Below the pieces are notes generated by a model, which searched no databases, was not told the origin of the DNA, and saw only the letters and a program-made list of their open reading frames with translations. This document shows, piece after piece, positions 41,831 through 50,044 of a stretch of 64,000 bases of DNA. How positions within the stretch are numbered: position 1 is the stretch's first letter; each line of letters starts with the position of its first letter. The position numbers and the translations under genes are program-made. The stretch covers positions 224,001 to 288,000 of the forward strand of contig OZ257142.1 of NCBI GenBank assembly GCA_965279035.1. The letters run 5' to 3'. The DNA comes from Bacteroidia bacterium. GTDB taxonomy: Bacteria > Bacteroidota > Bacteroidia > M30B66.

Positions 41831-42482
41831 TATCTCCATAGAAGATCTTATTGGAGATGAACATATTTCAACAGCAGCCGAAACACCCTTACGGGCGGAT
41901 GCATTTGAGATAGATGATAAAACTAAAATGATTCGGATTGAGGAGCATTTCCGGGAAATCATGAATATTCTGGGATTAGATCTCACAGATGACAGCCTTC
42001 GAGGAACTCCAAAACGTGTAGCTAAAATGTATGTGAAGGAGATTTTTGCTGGCCTCGATCCAAAGAACAAACCCGAAATCGCGCTCTTCGAAAACAAATA
42101 CAAATACAAAGAAATGCTGGTTGAGAAGGACATCACGTTTTACTCAAACTGTGAGCATCATTTTGTCCCAATCATTGGAAAAGCGCATGTGGCATACATT
42201 TCCAACGGACATGTAATTGGTTTGTCGAAAATTAATCGCATTGTCCAATATTTCGCACATCGACCTCAAGTACAGGAGCGACTAACTATACAAATTGCCA
42301 ACGAGCTAAAACGTGCACTGAAAACTGAAGACGTAGCTGTCGTTATTGACGCTGTGCATTTGTGTGTTTCATCACGAGGCGTACAAGACAATGGCTCTAA
42401 AACAGTCACCTCCCATTTTGGCGGGAAATTCAATCAGGACGAAACGCGCCAGGAATTTTTCACTTTTGTGAATCTAAAATGA
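41790..42482 (+). CDS. folE: GTP cyclohydrolase I
   Basis: TPKRVAKM, CEHH, GLSKINR, QVQERLT and HLCVSSRG motifs. Confidence 0.96.
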   Translation: MKQNETLLNTTEPDISIEDLIGDEHISTAAETPLRADAFEIDDKTKMIRIEEHFREIMNILGLDLTDDSLRGTPKRVAKMYVKEIFAGLDPKNKPEIALFENKYKYKEMLVEKDITFYSNCEHHFVPIIGKAHVAYISNGHVIGLSKINRIVQYFAHRPQVQERLTIQIANELKRALKTEDVAVVIDAVHLCVSSRGVQDNGSKTVTSHFGGKFNQDETRQEFFTFVNLK

Positions 42483-43189
42483 GTTTGCAAAAAAATTACG
42501 TTGTACTCGGTGGCACATCGGGCATAGGCGAAGCTTTGGTAAATCAACTGACTCAGCAAGGACATCGGATTTTTGTGTATGCGCGAAACATCAGAAATGT
42601 ACCGGTTTCTAATTCTGTCCACTTTAATGAAGTTGATGTGAGTCGGGATTTCATTTTAGATGGATTGCCGGATGTAATTCATGGATTAGCTTATTGTCCC
42701 GGATCGATAAACTTGCAACCTTTTCATCGCATTAAATCGGAGCAATTTCAGAGCGATTTTCAACTGAACGTATTGAGTGCTATTTCGGCAATTCAGCAAT
42801 GTTTGCCGGGTTTGAAAGCATCAGGAAATGCCTCGGTTGTTCTTTTTAGCACTGTGGCAGTTCAAACGGGAATGTCGTTTCATGCTTCGGTTGCTGTATC
42901 GAAAGGTGCTTTAGAAGGTTTGACGCGAGCCCTTGCTGCGGAATATGCTACATCACATATTCGTTTTAACTGCATCGCCCCATCATTAACAGAAACTCCA
43001 TTAGCAGAAAAACTCCTTAACACGCCCGAAAAGAAAGATGCTGGCGCAAAACGACATCCACTAGGTCGTATTGGGCACGCCGAAGATTCTGCTCGAGCAG
43101 CAAGTTTCATTTTGAACGAAAATGAAGGCTGGATTACAGGTCAAACGCTTGGTGTGGATGGTGGTATGGGTAGTTTACGTTTGATTTGA
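42479..43189 (+). CDS. Atypical short-chain dehydrogenase/reductase
   Basis: GGTSGIG, YCPGSI, IAPSLT and ITGQTLGVDGG. The catalytic YxxxK position reads VAVSK. Confidence 0.85.
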   Translation: MSLQKNYVVLGGTSGIGEALVNQLTQQGHRIFVYARNIRNVPVSNSVHFNEVDVSRDFILDGLPDVIHGLAYCPGSINLQPFHRIKSEQFQSDFQLNVLSAISAIQQCLPGLKASGNASVVLFSTVAVQTGMSFHASVAVSKGALEGLTRALAAEYATSHIRFNCIAPSLTETPLAEKLLNTPEKKDAGAKRHPLGRIGHAEDSARAASFILNENEGWITGQTLGVDGGMGSLRLI

Positions 43190-43193
43190 AACC

Positions 43194-43829
43194 ATGAACT
43201 ATCAACTCGATGAACTCCTTTTGTTGCCCGATTTGTATCGTAAAAATCTGATCAATTCGGTGCATGGATTTAAGAGCGTGGCATTGATTGGAACAATCGA
43301 CATAGATGAGCAAACTAATCTGGCAATTTTTTCCCAACTGTTTCATATTGGCGCCAATCCACCATTAGTAGGCATGCTCGTTCGTCCCGATTCGGTTGGA
43401 CGACATACGCTACAAAACATTCGAGCTACTGGCTGGTTCACGATTAATCATATTCAAGAATCGATTATTCATGCTGCCCATCAAACTAGTGCGCGCTATT
43501 CTGATGATGTTTCGGAGTTTGATGAAGTTGGATTAACACCTGAATTTCTACCCAATATCCCAGCTCCGTTTGTTAAGGAGAGTCAGGTAAAATATGCTGT
43601 TCGGAAGCTTGACGAAACATACCTAATCAATGGAACTGTGCTCGTTACAGGAAAAATCGAATTGCTGCAAATTCCAGATTCTTGCATAGGTGCCGATGGA
43701 TTTATCGATCTTCATCAAGCTGGAACGATTACCTCTGCTGGATTGGATGCGTATTATTCAACACTCCCAATTACCCGACTCAGTTACGCCAAGCCGGGAA
43801 TTATTCCTCATGAAATTCCTAGACCATAG
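43194..43829 (+). CDS. Flavin reductase-like (FMN-binding split barrel) protein
   Basis: NLAIFSQLFHIGANPPL, RHTLQNI, FTINH and SEFDEVGLT motifs. Confidence 0.85.
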   Translation: MNYQLDELLLLPDLYRKNLINSVHGFKSVALIGTIDIDEQTNLAIFSQLFHIGANPPLVGMLVRPDSVGRHTLQNIRATGWFTINHIQESIIHAAHQTSARYSDDVSEFDEVGLTPEFLPNIPAPFVKESQVKYAVRKLDETYLINGTVLVTGKIELLQIPDSCIGADGFIDLHQAGTITSAGLDAYYSTLPITRLSYAKPGIIPHEIPRP

Positions 43830-43834
43830 ACTTC

Positions 43835-45154
43835 ATGAAAAACAAGGTATTATTCTGGTTTAGACGTGATTTGCGTTTGCATGATAATGCAGGATTGTAT
43901 CATGCACTCCGCTCTGGGTTTGAGGTTCAAGCCATTTTCATTTTCGATAAAAACATTCTCGATCGTTTGGAAGATGAAGACGATGGTCGAGTATCATTTA
44001 TCCATCAAGAAATTACCCGACTAAGTGAAGAATTGAATGCCCTAGGTGCTTCGCTGAATGTGTATTATAACACGCCAGACGATGTTTTTCAACAAATGGT
44101 AAATGAGGGAAATGTGCTTGCGGTATACACCAATCACGATTATGAGCCATATGCAAAAGATCGGGATGAATCTATTCGTGCTTTACTAAATTCCCAAGGC
44201 ATTGACTTCCATACGTTCAAGGATCAGGTGATTTTCGAAAAGTCAGAAGTACTTAAAGATAACGGAACGCCTTATACGGTGTTTACGCCTTATTCCAAGA
44301 AATGGAAGGAAAAACTATCGGCTTTTTACTTGAAATCGTATCCAACCGAAAAGTATTTCGATCATTTCTTCAAAGCCCAACAAATGCCGATTCCTACTTT
44401 GGAAGAAATGGGCTTTCGACTTTCTTCCATTGTTGCTTTTCCACGTTCCATTCAAACCGAAATTATTCGTCGATACGGCACTCAGCGCGATTTACCCGCT
44501 CGCTTGGGGACTTCTCGTTTAAGCGTGCACTTGCGTTTTGGAACAGTGTCCATTCGTCAATTAGCAACACTTGCAAAAGATTTGAGTGATGTCTGGCTTA
44601 ACGAGCTTATTTGGCGCGATTACTACCACATGATTTTGTGGCATTTTCCTCATGCAGCTGTTTCTGCATTCAAGCCAGCTTATAATTATATTGAATGGAG
44701 AAATAATCCCGAAGAATTCCTCTTGTGGTGTGAAGGAAAAACCGGATATCCTATTGTGGATGCAGGAATGCGAGAATTAAATGCTACTGGTTTTATGCAT
44801 AATCGCGTGCGAATGATTGTGGCTAGTTTTCTCACCAAACATTTACTCATCGATTGGCGTTGGGGAGAAGCTTGGTTTGCGCGAAAACTGATGGATTTCG
44901 ATTTAGCGGCGAACAATGGTGGCTGGCAGTGGGCGGCAGGTTCGGGTTGCGATGCGGCTCCATATTTCCGGGTGTTCAATCCAACTTTACAAACCGAACG
45001 CTTCGATCCACAAGCAGAATACATACGTCGTTGGGTACCCGAATTCAACGATCCGTTTCACTATCCACGACCTATGGTTGATCATAAAATGGCCAGAGAA
45101 CGGGCATTATCAACATACAAAGCTGGATTGCAGGTGTCGGGTGTGAAAGAGTGA
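43835..45154 (+). CDS. phrB: Deoxyribodipyrimidine photolyase (class I CPD)
   Basis: WFRRDLRLHDN, TSRLSVHLRFG, ELIWRDYY, TGYPIVDAGMR, MHNRVRM and NNGGWQW motifs. Confidence 0.95.
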   Translation: MKNKVLFWFRRDLRLHDNAGLYHALRSGFEVQAIFIFDKNILDRLEDEDDGRVSFIHQEITRLSEELNALGASLNVYYNTPDDVFQQMVNEGNVLAVYTNHDYEPYAKDRDESIRALLNSQGIDFHTFKDQVIFEKSEVLKDNGTPYTVFTPYSKKWKEKLSAFYLKSYPTEKYFDHFFKAQQMPIPTLEEMGFRLSSIVAFPRSIQTEIIRRYGTQRDLPARLGTSRLSVHLRFGTVSIRQLATLAKDLSDVWLNELIWRDYYHMILWHFPHAAVSAFKPAYNYIEWRNNPEEFLLWCEGKTGYPIVDAGMRELNATGFMHNRVRMIVASFLTKHLLIDWRWGEAWFARKLMDFDLAANNGGWQWAAGSGCDAAPYFRVFNPTLQTERFDPQAEYIRRWVPEFNDPFHYPRPMVDHKMARERALSTYKAGLQVSGVKE

Positions 45155-45221
45155 AATTCAACTGAATTCAAGGTTCTAGAATCAAGAATAGGTTGTATTA
45201 TTCAATTCAATTTCAATCCAA

Positions 45222-45590
45222 GTGAAAAATCTTAAACCCGCATTAACCAAGCTCTTCGGAATTTTTATGATTTTAGGTGGAATCATGCATTTCGTCAATC
45301 CTTCTTTTTACGATGGATTCATACCCGATACACTACCGAAATTAGCGATCAATATTGCCGGAGGAATAATCGAACTTAGTCTTGGAATTGGATTATTCTT
45401 TGCCCAATACAAGCAAAAAGCAGCTGTCGGAATTTTAGTCTTAATGCTACTTTTTCTTCCCCTTCATATTTGGGATGTATTTCGCGAAACGCCCGCCATT
45501 GGCTCACATACTGCTGCATTGATACGATTGCCGCTACAATTTGTGCTCATTGCTTGGGCTTGGTTTATTAGTAGAAATGATTTGCGCTAG
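45222..45590 (+). CDS. DoxX/MauE-like small membrane protein
   Basis: GIMHFVNP, GIIELSLG and RLPLQFVLIAWA; four TMs. Confidence 0.8.
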   Translation: MKNLKPALTKLFGIFMILGGIMHFVNPSFYDGFIPDTLPKLAINIAGGIIELSLGIGLFFAQYKQKAAVGILVLMLLFLPLHIWDVFRETPAIGSHTAALIRLPLQFVLIAWAWFISRNDLR

Positions 45591-45625
45591 CATTTGCTAA
45601 CAGAACGTTGAATTGGTATCTTGAA

Positions 45626-45701
45626 TTGGCTTAGGGGGCGAGCCAAATACCGTGTATGGGCGAGCACCCGACCTTGACGTGGAACGGAAAGGTAAGCCCC
45701 C
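45626..45701. other. Unidentified GC-rich structured element between convergent genes
   Basis: Several complementary pairs in 76 nt: GGGGGC/GCCCCC, TTGGCTT/GAGCCAA, ACCTT/AAGGT, CCGT/ACGG and GGG/CCC. Confidence 0.45.
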
Positions 45702-45722
45702 AAATAAAATTTCTAGAAGCAG

Positions 45723-46280
45723 TTAATTTAAGCGGATTATTGTCCAGTAAAGTGCCATGCAAGCGGCTAAAAATGAAAATGGCAGAACAATACGTGAGCG
45801 ATACCAAGGCCTGTGTTGAAACCAATAAGCTAGACTTACGAATGCGAGTAAAATGACGCAAAGTTGTCCGATTTCGACGCCTACATTAAAAGACAGCAGG
45901 GCGGTTAGGAGTTCGGATTTGGCTAATTGTGTCTCGGCAAAGGCGGCAGCGAAGCCCATTCCGTGAATGAGTCCAAAAAGGAAGATGAGTAACACTCTGC
46001 CGCGACGGAGTTTGGTTTGAAGAATATTATCGAGCGCTGCTAATAAAATAGAAAGAGAAATGAGCGGTTCGATGATGAGTGGGTTTGACTCGAAAACACC
46101 CAATGCAGCTAGCAATAAACTGATACTATGTGCTAGCGTAAAAACGGTACATTGTATTACTAGTGATTTGAAAGATTGGGCATAAAAGAATAAGCAGAGA
46201 ATAAATAAAATATGATCGTAACCCCAAGGAATAACATGCTCAAATCCCGATTCTAGGTAATGAACAATAAGGGTCCACAT
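45723..46280 (-). CDS. HupE/UreJ-like membrane protein
   Basis: GFEHV..GYDHILF, FTLAHSISL, FGLIHGMGFA and FNVGVEIGQ motifs. Confidence 0.9.
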   Translation of the reverse strand: MWTLIVHYLESGFEHVIPWGYDHILFILCLFFYAQSFKSLVIQCTVFTLAHSISLLLAALGVFESNPLIIEPLISLSILLAALDNILQTKLRRGRVLLIFLFGLIHGMGFAAAFAETQLAKSELLTALLSFNVGVEIGQLCVILLAFVSLAYWFQHRPWYRSRIVLPFSFLAACMALYWTIIRLN

Positions 46281-46281
46281 T

Positions 46282-47472
46282 TTAATTGAGTTTAATTAAT
46301 CGTGTTTTAGTTAGCTGAATAGCAGGACAATCAACTAAATAAAGGCCAGCAGGAAGAGTTGAAAAATCGATTTGATTGATGTGAAATCCATCGTAAATAA
46401 GGTTTCCGATTGATGAGTAAAGAATACATCGTTCGCCTATTAACTTTTGGTCGATTTGAATAAATGCTTGAAATGGATTTGGGAAGAACGGAGTTGAGAG
46501 CGTGTTATGTGCATGTGAAAAACCGAGTGAATTTTCTCCTGTTCCTCGCACTAGCAAAACATCTAAACGTGCAGTTTTGTCCTTGTATGTAGTAATTCCG
46601 AAATGTGTGTCGAGAAACCATGCACGTCCTGTTTGATTGGGTAATGTGGTAGAAGACCAATATTTAGTGATGGGAGCATTAGTGAAAAAATTGGGGTCAA
46701 TGGATGGATTTATCCAACTTTCTAGATTAATAGATTGTAGCTCTTTGATATTGGGTAATCGCCAGTCGTCCTTTCCGTGTCGCGTGCAGGTATCAGCATA
46801 GATCAAGGCATTTTCCCAAGTAAGAGAATCGCCAAATGCTAGAGGAGTCCAATAAAAGCCGCTCAATTGATCCAAAATGCTCGCATTGGCTTCTACCACA
46901 AATTGATTTTGGACCATTTCAGGAGCAGAATTGCTACGCACGGAACGTACATGAAAACGCTTGTTTCCACCTGCACTAATGGTTTCAGATTTAGGATGAT
47001 TGCCAATCCCTCCACCGGCATTGGTTACCCATATTTTAGTTGAATCGTTTACTTGTCGATCGGCTGTCCACCAATATTCTGCAGCACTCGTTGTAAACGC
47101 ATTGATGTCGATAGCAGGATTGTTATTTTGTTGATCAAGTATGCTAAATGCCTCGTGTGCATTGGGTAAACGCCAATCGGTAAATCCGCCTAAGGTTAAA
47201 GTATCGCAATAAAGAATGGCCGATTCGTAGGTCATTTCACCAGCATCGGCTCGTGCCCAGATTAGTCCGGTAACCTCATCTGTGACTGTCCCATTGGAAT
47301 TGACTGTATAACTGAGTGAATTAAAATTATAGTCGCTGTCTTCTCCAAATGTGTTGGTATAGCTGGTATTTTGACCTGTATCAGGAATTCGGCTCATGGT
47401 TTTTTGTACCATTTGAGACCACAAAAAAACAGGTTGAATAATAAGGAACAGAATAATTAATTGCTTCTTCAT
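46282..47472 (-). CDS. Tandem DUF1566 (Lcl C-terminal-like) protein with T9SS-like CTD
   Basis: PDTGQ, D..TGLIW, and two DWRLPN..E motifs each followed by YW(S/T). CTD FPNPF...GLYLV...LIKLN. Confidence 0.85.
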   Translation of the reverse strand: MKKQLIILFLIIQPVFLWSQMVQKTMSRIPDTGQNTSYTNTFGEDSDYNFNSLSYTVNSNGTVTDEVTGLIWARADAGEMTYESAILYCDTLTLGGFTDWRLPNAHEAFSILDQQNNNPAIDINAFTTSAAEYWWTADRQVNDSTKIWVTNAGGGIGNHPKSETISAGGNKRFHVRSVRSNSAPEMVQNQFVVEANASILDQLSGFYWTPLAFGDSLTWENALIYADTCTRHGKDDWRLPNIKELQSINLESWINPSIDPNFFTNAPITKYWSSTTLPNQTGRAWFLDTHFGITTYKDKTARLDVLLVRGTGENSLGFSHAHNTLSTPFFPNPFQAFIQIDQKLIGERCILYSSIGNLIYDGFHINQIDFSTLPAGLYLVDCPAIQLTKTRLIKLN

Positions 47473-47477
47473 TTATC

Positions 47478-49100
47478 CTAGTTCAAAGCAAGTTTTTTCA
47501 CCAGTGTTTCTTTGCCAACCTGCATGTGTAACACATACACACCTGAAGCAATGCCTGCTAAAGGAATTTCCTGAACATAGGATTTAGACTGATATACTAG
47601 TCCTCCACGAATATCATATATAGCAATGTTTTGAATGGATTTTAACACATCCGAATTGGAACAATTCAGTTGAATTGAATGATTATTCTGATTGGCAAAA
47701 ACCTGTAGTGATTTTTCAATTAACTCAGTTGAAATACTTAGGGGAGTTGTAGGAACAACACATTGAACAAATCCATTGTAAGTGGATGTTGTGTGTCCTG
47801 TTGCCGTATAAAAATCGAATGTATAATGACCTGCTGCATCCCAATTGTAAACGACCGAGTCGGTCGCTCCGTTGAGTGTGTAGGTGATGGTGTATCCTGT
47901 GCCTGAAGCATGTGGAGAGCAGTCGGTTATGAGTGCTCCGTTAAGTGGTGTTAAACCCGGACGAACAGGATGCGCTGCTGCTTGAGGAATTAATTGATGT
48001 GTCGCATCTTCGACTACATTACCAACCATATTAGCAATCATATATGGCGCTGTGGTAGTTCCATGATAATGGTAAATGCCATCGGTTCCGAAATGTCCAT
48101 GATTCACATCTAAAGTACTCATGGCTGATCCATCGGGCTCTATGCTTCCATAAACGGCGAACCCATCTAAGCCAAATGCAATGGGTAATGTAGCCTGTGT
48201 ATGCGCATATAAGTGCAATGGAGGTGTGTGGTAATGATAATCATCACCTCTTCCGCAGTGACCGCCGTAATTATCAAGTTGCCCATCGAGGTAAGAATCA
48301 ACTCCCGTGTTGGTGTGCACGTTGAAAATAGGAACTCCATTTACAGCAATGGCAATGGCGCCTCGTGTAAAGTGAATGGAATCAACCGGAATCGGATTCG
48401 TAGCTAAGCTGGTATTAAGTGGAATAGGCCAAGCGTTCGTTCCCAAATAACATTGTGGAATAGGAACTTGTTGCTGCCAACCATGATTTGAGATTCCTAC
48501 CATCATGGGATGCGTTTGAGGAATTCCTTGCGATTCGACGTAAAAATAATCTGCATCTGAGAAGGTATGTACCGCAGGAATAAATGGGTTAAATGCCGAA
48601 TTCAAAAAGGCGATATCGGTGGTGTTTTGATTACGCAAAATGGTTTTTTGAGCGAATCCGAAAACAAGAAACAACATTCCCAAGCCAGCCAATGGATAAA
48701 TAAATCGACGTTTTTGTTTGTCTTTTACTCGCCAAATTAAACTTCCAAATAGAAGTAAAAGGAATACTATGATTGCACCTTGAAATAGTTGAATTCCTAT
48801 GGTTCGAACTGGTTCTTCCTTCTTGATTATTGATTGATTAAGCGATGCGATATGCTGCTGTTTGCGTTCAACAAATGCTTGATCTTCTTGCGAGAGGGAG
48901 TGAAGCGGGATTTTAACGACTTGATGGTTCATCGTTTCTAACTCAACCAATCCGTCTTTGGCACACAAAAATGATCCCTCTATGGCTTTGTTGAATTGAC
49001 TTGAATTCCATTGACGAACCGATAGTATGGGACTGTTTATGTCGTGTGCATTCAACACAAGTCCAGTAAAAAGGCAAAGTGCCAGCAGGAAATTTTTCAT
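47478..49100 (-). CDS. YHYH-domain protein with SHD1-like N-domain, two TM helices and a T9SS-like CTD
   Basis: Two YHYH motifs, GAIAIAVNGVPIF, LDNYGGH and LDGFAVYG. CTD IYDIRG...GVYVL...KKL. Start reassigned to 49100. Confidence 0.85.
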   Translation of the reverse strand: MKNFLLALCLFTGLVLNAHDINSPILSVRQWNSSQFNKAIEGSFLCAKDGLVELETMNHQVVKIPLHSLSQEDQAFVERKQQHIASLNQSIIKKEEPVRTIGIQLFQGAIIVFLLLLFGSLIWRVKDKQKRRFIYPLAGLGMLFLVFGFAQKTILRNQNTTDIAFLNSAFNPFIPAVHTFSDADYFYVESQGIPQTHPMMVGISNHGWQQQVPIPQCYLGTNAWPIPLNTSLATNPIPVDSIHFTRGAIAIAVNGVPIFNVHTNTGVDSYLDGQLDNYGGHCGRGDDYHYHTPPLHLYAHTQATLPIAFGLDGFAVYGSIEPDGSAMSTLDVNHGHFGTDGIYHYHGTTTAPYMIANMVGNVVEDATHQLIPQAAAHPVRPGLTPLNGALITDCSPHASGTGYTITYTLNGATDSVVYNWDAAGHYTFDFYTATGHTTSTYNGFVQCVVPTTPLSISTELIEKSLQVFANQNNHSIQLNCSNSDVLKSIQNIAIYDIRGGLVYQSKSYVQEIPLAGIASGVYVLHMQVGKETLVKKLALN

Positions 49101-49213
49101 AAGAAGAAAGATGCTACAAGCTATGCATTTCGTCCAACTGGATGAATACATGCTAAATTGTTTTTCCCTGATACCAATAATCATGAATGGTTTAAGCGGG
49201 AAGGAAAACAGTT

Positions 49214-50044
49214 TCACAGCGGCAAATACTCAAACTTCCGAATCACAATCTCGTGGTTAAGGCCGTTGCTTGGACCATTGGCGATGTAGGTTTGTGTCCA
49301 GAAATTGATGCGGGCGTTGGTGGTTGGACCGGGTGCAGGAATGACAATCGGTAAAGATTGATTGCCGTTTTCTTCCTTGATACGTGGCGGATGATCTAAA
49401 TCGAATTGCCAGCTAGCAATCGGTTCAGCATTGCGGAAATCATCTCCTTTGAAACTCTTCCAGGTGATGAGCGTGTCGGTCCAGGTGAAGATGTGGGTAC
49501 TTACTCCATTTAACAGCTCTGGGTCAATCATGTGTTGATGCGATCGTTCGCCGAAATAGGTGCTGAAAAATACCGGCTGAACTGAAGTCGTCAAAGGATG
49601 TGTATCGTCTTCTACGCCCCATTTCGAAAACTCAATATCGACTTCGCTGTTCCCTTGATCGTGAAAGGTTGAATTGTCCCAAGTAAACAAGCCTAAAACC
49701 ACATTTTTAGCAAACGTAAGCGGGTTTCCTTGGATGGTGAAAGCATAAGTGCCATAACCCATATTGTCTTGCGAAATGACTTCGGACGAATACCAATTTC
49801 CATCTTCGTGTTTGGTAATGGCCATGTGCAGATAGCCTTTTTCATCCACCCATACATTTTCGTATGCTTTGGAAAAACTGTTCGGACCGGGACCGTTGTA
49901 GCCCGATTTGATATCCCATTTACGCCCCGAAAAAGTGACTTCGGTAGCAGTTCGCGCTAAAGCTTCTTCGGGATCCGATTGTTTGCAACTGGATAAAACA
50001 CTCAGAGCAAACAGGAAAGTCAGTATGGATACACGTTTCATCAT
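49214..50044 (-). CDS. GH16-like glycoside hydrolase lipoprotein (probable endo-beta-glucanase)
   Basis: Lipobox LSSC, NVWVD..GYLH, GYGTY and catalytic EVDIE motif. Confidence 0.8.
   Translation of the reverse strand: MMKRVSILTFLFALSVLSSCKQSDPEEALARTATEVTFSGRKWDIKSGYNGPGPNSFSKAYENVWVDEKGYLHMAITKHEDGNWYSSEVISQDNMGYGTYAFTIQGNPLTFAKNVVLGLFTWDNSTFHDQGNSEVDIEFSKWGVEDDTHPLTTSVQPVFFSTYFGERSHQHMIDPELLNGVSTHIFTWTDTLITWKSFKGDDFRNAEPIASWQFDLDHPPRIKEENGNQSLPIVIPAPGPTTNARINFWTQTYIANGPSNGLNHEIVIRKFEYLPL

Noticed and set aside
45626-45701. tRNA, SRP RNA, or HDV/pistol ribozyme call for the structured element
   Set aside because: No TTCGA T-loop and no SRP GGAA-loop domain. The HDV P3 helix cannot be formed around TCCACGT, and the helix order does not fit pistol.
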